Part shown: piece by piece, positions 19,036 through 27,665 of the stretch | Layout of the letters: the number at the start of each line of letters is the position of its first letter | How positions within the stretch are numbered: the stretch's first letter is position 1 | Assembly: GCA_038231435.1 (NCBI GenBank) | Contig: JBBRLJ010000008.1 | Span: 61,091-125,090, forward strand | Direction: 5' to 3' | Origin: Planctomycetota bacterium | Lineage (GTDB): Bacteria > Planctomycetota > UBA11346 | DNA: 64,000 bases | Notes under the pieces: generated by a model | Told to the model about the DNA's origin: nothing | What the model saw: the letters and a program-made list of their open reading frames with translations, nothing else | Databases searched by the model: none | Made by a program: the position numbers and the translations under genes

Positions 19036-19514
19036 CGCACACGCCGGCCGCACTATCGCCGCCGCCATCGCCGCCGCCATCGCCGACACCACGGATCTGC
19101 CCGGACTGCGGCAATGACGAGCACGAGCCGTCCGCCGACGCCTGCTGGGTGTGCGATTGTCCGCTCGACGCCGCGCCGGATCCGCAGCGCGCATTCATCA
19201 AGGGCATCGTGCGCTCGGACAAGGTGAAACGCAAAGGCCTGGCCAATGGCTCGGTCGGCATCACCACCATCGTCCTGATCAGCGGTCTCGCGCTGGTGAA
19301 TCCCATCCTCGCGGTGGCGATCGCCATCGCGATGGCGATCGCCGCCAAGAACAGACGGAAGAAAGGCAAGATCAAGGACACCTCCTTCATCGGCGTGGTG
19401 CTCGGGGTCCTGCGTGTGTTGACCATCGCGTTTCTTCTCATCGCCGTCGCCGCGGTCGCCGGACTCTTCGTCCTCTACCTCATCTGCATGAGCAGCAGCG
19501 GTGGGCACTTCTGA
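19032..19514 (+). CDS. Zinc-ribbon + TM protein, paralog 1
   Basis: CPDCG..CWVC; ends FVLYLICMSSSGGHF; ATGA overlap with upstream gene. Confidence 0.75.
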   Translation: MTHTPAALSPPPSPPPSPTPRICPDCGNDEHEPSADACWVCDCPLDAAPDPQRAFIKGIVRSDKVKRKGLANGSVGITTIVLISGLALVNPILAVAIAIAMAIAAKNRRKKGKIKDTSFIGVVLGVLRVLTIAFLLIAVAAVAGLFVLYLICMSSSGGHF

Positions 19515-19515
19515 G

Positions 19516-20001
19516 ATGTCTACCGGGATGGGAAACGACGGCGGCGCCTCATCCGGATCTCCGGGATCGGTACCGCGACGCATCTGCCCGGACTGCGGCA
19601 ACGATGAGCACCAGCCGGGGGCGGACGCCTGCTGGAAGTGCGACGCTCCGCTGGACGCGGCTCCCGATCCGCAGCGCATCGTCGCGCGCAGCCTGGCGGG
19701 ATCGAGTCAGGTCAGGAAGCGGGTGTGGTTCGGGGCCTCGCTGGGAATCATGGCCCTGGCGTTCACGATCGGGGTCTGGCTGCAGAGCATCGCAGCGTCC
19801 GGCGCGACCGCGCTGGTGCTGGCGATCGTGTTCGTGCTCACGCGCAGGCAGTGGGAGGGGGCTCCACTGAGCCGCACCATTGGCCGCATCGCGGGCGTGC
19901 TGACCCTGGTCGTGCTGCTCGCGGCCGCGGCCGCGGCGATCGGCGTCTTCGTGCTCTACCTCATCTGCCTGAGCAACGGCGGGATCCACGGGCACTTCTG
20001 A
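19516..20001 (+). CDS. Zinc-ribbon + TM protein, paralog 2
   Basis: CPDCG..CWKC; ends FVLYLICLSNGGIHGHF. Confidence 0.75.
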   Translation: MSTGMGNDGGASSGSPGSVPRRICPDCGNDEHQPGADACWKCDAPLDAAPDPQRIVARSLAGSSQVRKRVWFGASLGIMALAFTIGVWLQSIAASGATALVLAIVFVLTRRQWEGAPLSRTIGRIAGVLTLVVLLAAAAAAIGVFVLYLICLSNGGIHGHF

Positions 20002-20789
20002 TGGCCACCGACGTCGACGCCATCATCTCCGCCGGGCATCCGCTCATCCACCGCGCGGCGGTCATCGCCGCCGCGCTGATCGGCGGCTGGCTGATCGCGC
20101 GCGACTCGCGGTCATGGCCGTTGGCGTGGCGCCCGCGCTGCGAACTGCTCGCGGTGGTCGCGCTGGCCTCGATGGTCGGCTCGGCGCTGCCGGCGCTGTT
20201 CGCCGGCGGCTATGTCGGCGAGCTGGCCGCGTCCTACGTGGTCGATACGCCAAGCCTGCTCGACGGCGCGCTCGCCGAGTACCGCCTCGGGCCGAAGACC
20301 ATCCTCGGCGGCATGCTCTTCGGCTTCATCGGCGCGTCGCTCTACAAGGGCCTCTCTGGCCTGCGCGTCGAGACCAGCGACGCTTTCGCGCGGGGCTCGT
20401 GCCTGATGATGGCGATCGGGCGCCTCGGCTGCATCGCCCAGCACTGCTGCTTCGGCGTGGTGGTTCCGGCCGCGATCGGCTGCGACTTCGGCGACGGCCT
20501 ACCGCGTCTGCCGGTGCAGGCGATCGAGGCGGTCGCGCTGTTCGGGTTGTTCCTGGTGCTGCAGATCCTGCACCGCCGCGGCGCCCTGCGCGACCGCAGG
20601 CTGTTCCTGTTCTTCGCGATCTATGGGATGATCCGCTTCGTGCTCGAGTTCGGTCGTGAGACGATCGCCGTCACCGTGCTCGGCCTCGGCTACTACCAAT
20701 GGATCGCCCTGCTGGTCGCGGGGATCGGGGTCTACCAGCTGCTCAAGCGGCGGCCGCCAGCCGCCGTGGTCATGCCGCCAGCCGCCTAG
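20001..20789 (+). CDS. Divergent prolipoprotein diacylglyceryl transferase (Lgt) family protein
   Basis: KTILGG, GRLGC...CCFG, PVQAIE, YGMIRFVLEFGR, YQW; TGATG overlap. Confidence 0.78.
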   Translation: MATDVDAIISAGHPLIHRAAVIAAALIGGWLIARDSRSWPLAWRPRCELLAVVALASMVGSALPALFAGGYVGELAASYVVDTPSLLDGALAEYRLGPKTILGGMLFGFIGASLYKGLSGLRVETSDAFARGSCLMMAIGRLGCIAQHCCFGVVVPAAIGCDFGDGLPRLPVQAIEAVALFGLFLVLQILHRRGALRDRRLFLFFAIYGMIRFVLEFGRETIAVTVLGLGYYQWIALLVAGIGVYQLLKRRPPAAVVMPPAA

Positions 20790-20800
20790 ACTAGACTAGC

Positions 20801-21961
20801 CTAGCCGCTGGCGCTCGCGGCAGCGGAGGCGATCGCGGTGAACGCGCGCGCCAGGTCTGCCTCCAGGTCGGCGGGATCCTCGAAGCCGAAGCACAGACGC
20901 ACCAGGCCCTGGTCGAGGCCGATCGCCGACTTCTCGTCCGGCGTCATCGAGGCGTGGCTGCCGTTGTACGGCTGCGCCACCATCGAGGTCACGCAGGCCA
21001 TGCCGGTGCCGGTGTCGAACAGGCGCAGGGCTGCGGCGAAATCGCGGTAGCGCCCGGCGACCGCCGGAGCCAGGGCGAAGAACAGGATGCCACCGTAGCC
21101 GCGCAGCTGGTGCCCATCGATCGTCGGCAGGTGCACGCGCGCGACCTGCGGAATGGTGCCGAGGAAGGCCGCCAGGCGCGCGGTCACGCGTTCGTGCTCA
21201 CGCATGCGCAGGCCGAAGGTCTTCATGCTGCGGCACAGCAGCCAGGCGCTGTGCGGATCGAGGATGGCGCCGGCATAGAAGCGCGCATCGCGCAGCTGGC
21301 CGTGCAGGTCGTCGCGGTCGCAGCAGATGATGCCGCCCATGACGTCGCTATGGCCGCCAAAGTACTTGGTGGCGCTGTGCACCACCAGGTCGGCGCCGTG
21401 TGCGAGCGGATTCTGGAACAGCGGCGTCGCCCAGGTGTTGTCGACTACTACCAGTGCGCGCGGATCGGCGGCCCGGGCGGCCTTCGCCACGGCGGCGATG
21501 TCGATGGTCTTGAGAAAGGGATTGGTCGGGGTCTCGAAGATCACCAGGCGCGTGCCCGCCGGGATGCGCGCGAGCTGTTCGGGAACGGACAGGTCGAGCG
21601 CGGAGACGCGCACGCCGCGTGCTTCGGCGAAGCGCTGGAAGAGCCGGTGCGAGCAGCCGTAGATGTCGCGGTTGAAGACCAGGCCATCGCCGGCGCGCAG
21701 CAGGTCGAGCACCTGGTGGATCGCGGTCATGCCGGTGGTCACGGCGATGCCGTGGCGGCAGCCCTCGAGGCCCGCGACGATGCCCTCGAATTCGGCGATG
21801 TTGGGGTTGTCCTTGCGCGTGTAGAAGTAGGGGGAGCCGGTCTGGAAGGCGCTCGCCTGATAGAGCGGGGTCACGACCGGCAGGGCACCGTCGTGCGGCA
21901 CGCGCGCATGCAGCGAACGCGTGAGCGGGCTGGTCCCGGCGAGTGGATCCGGGTCAGCCAT
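20801..21961 (-). CDS. Cys/Met metabolism PLP enzyme (cystathionine gamma-synthase/lyase family)
   Basis: YTR..NP, GMTAI, ETPTNP, VDNTWATP, HSATKYFGGHSDVMGG, G.EDPADL. Confidence 0.88.
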   Translation of the reverse strand: MADPDPLAGTSPLTRSLHARVPHDGALPVVTPLYQASAFQTGSPYFYTRKDNPNIAEFEGIVAGLEGCRHGIAVTTGMTAIHQVLDLLRAGDGLVFNRDIYGCSHRLFQRFAEARGVRVSALDLSVPEQLARIPAGTRLVIFETPTNPFLKTIDIAAVAKAARAADPRALVVVDNTWATPLFQNPLAHGADLVVHSATKYFGGHSDVMGGIICCDRDDLHGQLRDARFYAGAILDPHSAWLLCRSMKTFGLRMREHERVTARLAAFLGTIPQVARVHLPTIDGHQLRGYGGILFFALAPAVAGRYRDFAAALRLFDTGTGMACVTSMVAQPYNGSHASMTPDEKSAIGLDQGLVRLCFGFEDPADLEADLARAFTAIASAAASASG

Positions 21962-23405
21962 CGCCGCCACCGGCGGTCTGGCTCGTACTTCTCAAGGATG
22001 CGAAGTCAGGCAGCGGGCTGATGTCGCCATTCAGCGTTCCGGCTCCGGCCTCGACGGTGGGGAAATGCGCGCGGTCGAAGACCTCGTGCAGGCTCGATGC
22101 CACCTCGGACGGCACCGCGACCTCGATGCCCTGTTCGTCGGGCGAGGCCTTGGCGGCGATGTAGCGGTAGCTCTCTCCGGGCGCGAGAGCTAGCGTGCGC
22201 CACGGTTCGGATGTTCCAGGATCGAGGCGGCGCGTAAATACCGTCGCCGGGTTCGTGCCTTGGTTGCGCACCTGGATGTGCAGCGAGCGGATGTCGCCCT
22301 TCCACAGGTGGCTGGCGCGCCGCAGGGAAGGTTCGATGGCGGCCGCTGTGGGCTGCGCCGAGCCGGGTTCGGCGAATAGGCGCATGTGCGCGTCGGTTCC
22401 GCAGGCCCGGCAATGCCCATCGCCGCCGAGTCCGATCAGGCGTGCGTTGAGGCCGTAGCGCGACACCAGTAGGGAGTCGCAAGCGTGGCAGCGCGTGTCC
22501 ACGCCTGCGTTGTCGTAGACATTCCCGAGGTAGACGTGGCGGATGCCGGCATCGAGCGCGAGAGCGCGCGCGGCCTCGAGTCGGGGGATCGGCGTGCGCG
22601 TGCTCGCGGTCATCTTGTAGTCGGGATGGAAGCGCACGAAGTGCAGCGGCACCGCCTGGTCGAGCTGCTGGCCGACGAAGTCGGCGATGGCGCCGGCGGT
22701 GCGCAGGTCGTCGGAGACGTCGGTGACCATCAGCGTCGAGATCTCGACGTGCTTGCCGGCGCGGTGCACCAGCTTCGCGCCCTCGAGCACTGGTTCGAGC
22801 CAACCCTTGGTGAGCTTGCGGTAGTAGACCGGATCCATCGACTTCACCGAGATCGAGAAGATATCGATCACCGGCAGCAGCTCGGCGATCGCCTCGGGGG
22901 TGATGAAGAAGGCGGACTTGAAGAGGTTGACGATGCCGCGCGCGCGCGCGAGCGCCGCGGTCTCGATGACGAACTCGTGCCACACCACCGGATCGTTGTA
23001 GGTCCATGAGATCACGCGGATGCCGTGGCGCACCGCGATGTCGACGACCTGCTCCGGGGTGTAGTGGTGGACGTCGGAATCAGAGACGTGTTTGGCCTGC
23101 GAAGTCTTCCAGTTGTGGCAGTAGTCGCAGTTCATCATGCAGCCAATGTTGCCCATCGACAGGATGCGCTCCCCCGGCGCGTAATGGAATACCGCCTCGG
23201 TCTCGATGGTCTCCTCGGTGGCGTGCACCGACTTGCCGTAATTGAGCGTCACCAGGCGGCCGTTGCGGTTGGCACGCACCCCGCAGAAGCCGTGCTGGCC
23301 CGGCTTGATGACGCAGGTGCGCGGGCTGAGATGGCAACGCACCGCGCCGCCGTCGAGGCGTTCCTCGAGCCGTGCTGGCCGCCACGAATCTTTCCAGGTC
23401 GCCAT
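21954..23405 (-). CDS. AmmeMemoRadiSam-type radical SAM enzyme with C-terminal extension
   Basis: GFCGVR.N, GCMMNCDYCHNW, WTYNDP, HFVRFHPDY, YLGN, CHAC/CRAC; extra domain ending DRAHFP. Confidence 0.82.
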   Translation of the reverse strand: MATWKDSWRPARLEERLDGGAVRCHLSPRTCVIKPGQHGFCGVRANRNGRLVTLNYGKSVHATEETIETEAVFHYAPGERILSMGNIGCMMNCDYCHNWKTSQAKHVSDSDVHHYTPEQVVDIAVRHGIRVISWTYNDPVVWHEFVIETAALARARGIVNLFKSAFFITPEAIAELLPVIDIFSISVKSMDPVYYRKLTKGWLEPVLEGAKLVHRAGKHVEISTLMVTDVSDDLRTAGAIADFVGQQLDQAVPLHFVRFHPDYKMTASTRTPIPRLEAARALALDAGIRHVYLGNVYDNAGVDTRCHACDSLLVSRYGLNARLIGLGGDGHCRACGTDAHMRLFAEPGSAQPTAAAIEPSLRRASHLWKGDIRSLHIQVRNQGTNPATVFTRRLDPGTSEPWRTLALAPGESYRYIAAKASPDEQGIEVAVPSEVASSLHEVFDRAHFPTVEAGAGTLNGDISPLPDFASLRSTSQTAGGGDG

Positions 23406-23472
23406 GGCCAGACCGTAGACCTGGCCCGCTCGCCGGGAAGCCCCGGTTTCCGCAGCGTCATCGGCCGTTACG

Positions 23473-25392
23473 GTGGCACCGGTGTCCCGACCCTCGGCCT
23501 CTCCCACTGCTCACGACGCCGCCGCGGAATACGCGCGCAGCATCGCGGATCCCGAGGCCTATTGGAGCGCGATCGCCGGCACAGAACTGCTGTGGGACCG
23601 GCCATTCACGCGTGCGTTCTCGGGCAGCCTCGCGGCCGGGGATGCGTCGTGGTTCGACGGCGGTGTGCTCAACGCGTGCGTCAATTGCGTCGATCGCCAT
23701 CTGGCGGCACGCGGCGAGCGCACCGCCCTGATCTGGGAGGGGGATGAACCCGGGTCAACGCGCACCTTCACCTATCGCGAACTGCACGGCGAGATCTGCC
23801 GTCTCGCCAACGCCCTCCAGCGGCGCGGCGTGGAAGCGGGCGACGGCGTAGGGATCTATCTGCCGACGGTGCCCGAAGCGGTGGTCGCGATGCTCGCATG
23901 CGCGCGGCTGGGCGCGGTGCACTGCGTGGTGTTTGCCGGCTTCGGCTCCGAGGCCCTGCGCCAACGCCTCGCCGCCGCCGACTGCCGCGTGCTGATCACC
24001 GCCGACATCGCCATGCGCGCGGGCAAGGCCATCGCGCTGAAGCCGATCGCTGATCGGGCGCTCGCGGCGCTGCCAGGCATCCATTCGGTCTTGGTGCTGC
24101 GGCGCGGCGTGCCCGGCATCACGCTCTCGGAGCCGCGCGAACTCTGTCTGCGCCGAGCCATGGATGCCGAATCACCGGCACACCGCGCCGCCGCGTTCCC
24201 GAGCGCGCATCCGTTGTTCGTGTTGCATACCTCCGGATCCACTGGCACGCCCAAGGCGGTGCTGCACGCCACCGCCGGCTCTTTGCTGTGGGCGATGCGC
24301 ACGCATCGCCTGGCGCTCGATTGGCGCGAAGGCGAGGTCTACGCCTGCGTCGCCGACATCGGCTGGATCACCGGACACTCGTACATCGTCTATGGCCCAC
24401 TCGGGAACGGCGCCACCACGCTGCTGTGCGAAGGCGTGCCGACACATCCGGATCCGGGGCGGTATTGGGCCATGGTCGAACAGCACCGCGTCGCGGTGCT
24501 GTTCACCGTGCCCACGGCGGTGCGTGCGATCGCGCGCCACGGCGACGCGCCCGCGCTGGCCCACGATCGCTCCAGCCTGCGCGTCATCGCCACCGCTGGC
24601 GAGGCCCTAGACGCGGCAACGTGGCGATGGCTGCGCGACGTGCCTGGCGGCGGGAGCTGCGCGGTGATCGACATCTACGGCCAGACCGAAGCCGCCGGAC
24701 ACCTGCTCGCCGCTCGTCCGCAAGCATTCGCGATGGGCGCGTCCAAGCCCGGATCGGTAGGCTCGCCCTTGCCGGGCGTGGTGGTGGCGGTGCTCGACGG
24801 CGCCGGGAACCCGCTTGTGGGCGAAGCGGCAGGCATGCTCGCGATTGGCGCTCCATGGCCGGGCTTGGCGAAGTCGATCGGCGATCGCCGCGACCCCGAC
24901 TGCTTGGCGCGTCATCCGGGCTTCTACCTCACCGGCGATGGCTGCCGGCGAGACGCCGATGGACATCTGTGGATCACCGGTCGCGTCGACGACGTGGTCA
25001 ACGTCTCGGGCGTGCGTCTCGGCACCGTCGAGATCGAGGCGGCGCTGCTGGCGCATCCGGCGTGCGCCGAGGCGGCGGTGGTGGGCGTGCCGCACGCGCT
25101 CAAGGGTTCCGCACTGATCGCATTCGCGGTGGCGCGCGTCGGCCAGGACGAGCCTCGGCTGGGAGCCGTGCTGCGCGCGGCCGTGCGCGCTGGCATCGGG
25201 CCCATCGCCGCGCCCGAACGCGTGGTGATGGTGCCGGCATTGCCGAAGACCAGGTCCGGGAAGCTCATGCGCCGGGTGCTACGCGCCCTGGCGATGGGTG
25301 ACGATGGTGCGCTGGGCGATCTCACCGCGCTGGCGGAGCCGTCGGTGATCGACGACGTGCGCCGCGCGCTATCGGAGCTGCCGAATTCCTGA
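23473..25392 (+). CDS. Acetate--CoA ligase-like acyl-CoA synthetase
   Basis: LNACVNCVDRH, TSGSTGTPK, DIGWITGHSYIVYGPL, GRVDDVVNVSG, LPKTRSGK; start uncertain. Confidence 0.88.
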   Translation: MAPVSRPSASPTAHDAAAEYARSIADPEAYWSAIAGTELLWDRPFTRAFSGSLAAGDASWFDGGVLNACVNCVDRHLAARGERTALIWEGDEPGSTRTFTYRELHGEICRLANALQRRGVEAGDGVGIYLPTVPEAVVAMLACARLGAVHCVVFAGFGSEALRQRLAAADCRVLITADIAMRAGKAIALKPIADRALAALPGIHSVLVLRRGVPGITLSEPRELCLRRAMDAESPAHRAAAFPSAHPLFVLHTSGSTGTPKAVLHATAGSLLWAMRTHRLALDWREGEVYACVADIGWITGHSYIVYGPLGNGATTLLCEGVPTHPDPGRYWAMVEQHRVAVLFTVPTAVRAIARHGDAPALAHDRSSLRVIATAGEALDAATWRWLRDVPGGGSCAVIDIYGQTEAAGHLLAARPQAFAMGASKPGSVGSPLPGVVVAVLDGAGNPLVGEAAGMLAIGAPWPGLAKSIGDRRDPDCLARHPGFYLTGDGCRRDADGHLWITGRVDDVVNVSGVRLGTVEIEAALLAHPACAEAAVVGVPHALKGSALIAFAVARVGQDEPRLGAVLRAAVRAGIGPIAAPERVVMVPALPKTRSGKLMRRVLRALAMGDDGALGDLTALAEPSVIDDVRRALSELPNS

Positions 25393-25402
25393 TCCCCGAG
25401 CG

Positions 25403-26242
25403 CTAGCCCAGGAGCGGATGCAGGTCGCCATCGACCGCATCCCCGGTCACGCGGCCGGCGAACCAGCGCTCGAGGGACGCGGCGCGCAGCGGATGGTCAG
25501 CATCGCCGATGCGCGCGCCGTCCGCGACGTAGATGACCGTCATCGCCTCTCGCGCGTGCGCGGACGCGTTGGCCTGGGCGCCATGGATGGTCCAGCCCAG
25601 GTGGAAGGTAGCGTCTCCCGCGCGCATCGCCCCGGTTCGTCGGATCGCCAGTCCGCGTTCGTCGATCAGGCGCGAGAAAAAATCCTGACCTTCGTCGCAG
25701 ATCGGCAGATCAGCCAGGCGCTTGAGGCGATGCGATCCGGGCACGAAGTCGAGCGTGCCCATGCGTTCGTCGATGTCCGCCAGCGCCATCCACATGGTCA
25801 GGGCGCGCGCATCGCCCAGCGGCCACGCGGCCTGGTCTTGGTGCCAGGGCGTGATGCCGCCGCCGCCTTCAGTGAACAGCGCCTGGTCGTGGTAGAGGCG
25901 GACGCGTTCGACGCCGAGCAGCCGCGCCGCGATCGCGGCGAAGCGCCGGGCGAGTACGAAGCTGCGCGCGGTGTCGTCGGCCCGCCACAGGTTGATCGCC
26001 TGTAGGAAGGCCCTGCCATAGGTGTCGCGCTCGGCGAGCGGCCGCGATTCGTGCTGGAGGCGGCGCGCCGTATCGCGCAGTGCCGGCGCGAGGTGCGCGA
26101 CGTCATCGCGCGCCAGCACCTCGCGCAGCAGAACGTGGCCATCGGCCTGGAACGCCGCGATCGTTTCCGCTGCCAGCGGATAGCTTGCGGTGAGCGGATC
26201 GTTCGCTTCCGAAGGGGCTGGTCCAATGCGTGTCGAGGGCAC
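25403..26242 (-). CDS. Phytanoyl-CoA dioxygenase (PhyH) family Fe(II)/2OG enzyme
   Basis: TPWHQD, PGSH, GDATFH..TIHGA..N. Confidence 0.85.
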   Translation of the reverse strand: MPSTRIGPAPSEANDPLTASYPLAAETIAAFQADGHVLLREVLARDDVAHLAPALRDTARRLQHESRPLAERDTYGRAFLQAINLWRADDTARSFVLARRFAAIAARLLGVERVRLYHDQALFTEGGGGITPWHQDQAAWPLGDARALTMWMALADIDERMGTLDFVPGSHRLKRLADLPICDEGQDFFSRLIDERGLAIRRTGAMRAGDATFHLGWTIHGAQANASAHAREAMTVIYVADGARIGDADHPLRAASLERWFAGRVTGDAVDGDLHPLLG

Positions 26243-26416
26243 GAGACGAAGGTATCCCTCAGGTCTCCGCGAGAAAGCATCGTGGTCCGCGGTCAGCAGG
26301 GGTGTCAGAAGCCCAGCTCCACGTTCTCTGTGAACGGCTCTGCGAATGGTTCTGGGAATGCCTCAGGCGAGCGCGACGACATTAGAGATGGGCCCAGGGG
26401 ACGAAGCCCCGGATGA

Positions 26417-27622
26417 CTAGGCCTTGATGCAGCCAAGCGCCTTGACGCCCTTCTGGCTGAGGAAGTAGTCGCTGTAGCCCCACCACTCCTGCGCCATGGT
26501 CATGTACAGCGAGCGGAAGTCGTTGGTGTGCACGAGATCGCCGTCGTTCAGTTCGGTAAGGCTCGGCGGCGCGCCGATGAAGCCGCCCTTCACCTTGCCG
26601 CCCGTGAGAAAGTGTGGAGCTGCGGTGCCATGATCGGTGCCCTTGCTGCCGTTCTCGCTGACACGGCGGCCGAATTCGCTGTAGGTGCCCACCAGAGTGC
26701 GATCCCAGGCGCCGCCCGCCATCAGGGCCTCGCGTAGCGCACCGAGCCCCTCCGAGACCTCGGTGAGGAGCTTGTCCTGTCGCTCGCGCTGGTTCGAGTG
26801 CGTGTCGAAGCCATCGATCGTGAGCTTGTACATCGGCACCACGGCACCCGCGATGATCAGCTTGGCGGTGGTCTGCAGGAAATCGCCGAGCTGGCCTTTC
26901 GGGAACTTGCCCTTCAGCGCGGGGGCCTTCGCCACCAGTTCGGCCATGCGCTCACCCGAGGCGTTGATGTCGGCCTGGACTTTCAACACCTGCTGGAGCG
27001 CTGGATTCTTGGTTTGGCTCTCGGCCTTCTTCATGGCCCGGGCTTCGCGGATGAAGCCGTCGGGGCCGTTCATGATGATGTTGCGCAGCGCGTCGCCGTA
27101 GAGCGGGCCGAAGCCGCCGTAGGCGGTGGTCTTGTCGTAGCCGAGGATGATCGAGTGCGCGAGCAGATCGTCGGGCACGCCCTGCGCCTTCGACATCACG
27201 CGCGCCGCCCAGCCGTCACCCTGCATCTCGTCGGCCTTCGAGCCGGAATTCCAGATGTCGATGCCGCGGAAATGCGAGCGGTTGGGATGATCGTAGCCGA
27301 CGGCGTGGACGATTGCGAGGTCGCCGTCCTTCCACGCAGGTAGCATCGCGCCCATCACTGGATTCAGGCCGAACTGCTTGTCGAGCTTGAGCACGTCGCC
27401 CGCCGGTATGGCCACCGCGGGACGCGCCTTGGCATATGCCGGATCGGCGTACGGCACCACGGTGTTCAGGCCGTCGTTCCCCCCGCGCAGCTCGATCAGC
27501 ACCACCGAGCGTTTCCAATCGATGGACACGGTCTTCGGCGGGTCGCCGGCAAAAGCGACGCCCGGGAACATCATCGCCAGCGAGGAGTATCCGCACAGTC
27601 TGAGAAAGTCGCGGCGTTGCAT
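26417..27622 (-). CDS. DUF1501 family Tat-exported protein
   Basis: RRDFL, LRGGNDGLN, NRSHF, GFDTH, SEFGR, GTDHG. Confidence 0.9.
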   Translation of the reverse strand: MQRRDFLRLCGYSSLAMMFPGVAFAGDPPKTVSIDWKRSVVLIELRGGNDGLNTVVPYADPAYAKARPAVAIPAGDVLKLDKQFGLNPVMGAMLPAWKDGDLAIVHAVGYDHPNRSHFRGIDIWNSGSKADEMQGDGWAARVMSKAQGVPDDLLAHSIILGYDKTTAYGGFGPLYGDALRNIIMNGPDGFIREARAMKKAESQTKNPALQQVLKVQADINASGERMAELVAKAPALKGKFPKGQLGDFLQTTAKLIIAGAVVPMYKLTIDGFDTHSNQRERQDKLLTEVSEGLGALREALMAGGAWDRTLVGTYSEFGRRVSENGSKGTDHGTAAPHFLTGGKVKGGFIGAPPSLTELNDGDLVHTNDFRSLYMTMAQEWWGYSDYFLSQKGVKALGCIKA

Positions 27623-27665
27623 GGGTGCTCCGGAAGCGGGGGGGGGGGACGGGTGGGCCGAGGCC

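Noticed and set aside
16255..19194. 979-aa ORF as a single protein
   Set aside because: The N-terminal ~570 aa are an Arg/Ala-rich shadow over real genes; only 16255-17481 looks coding
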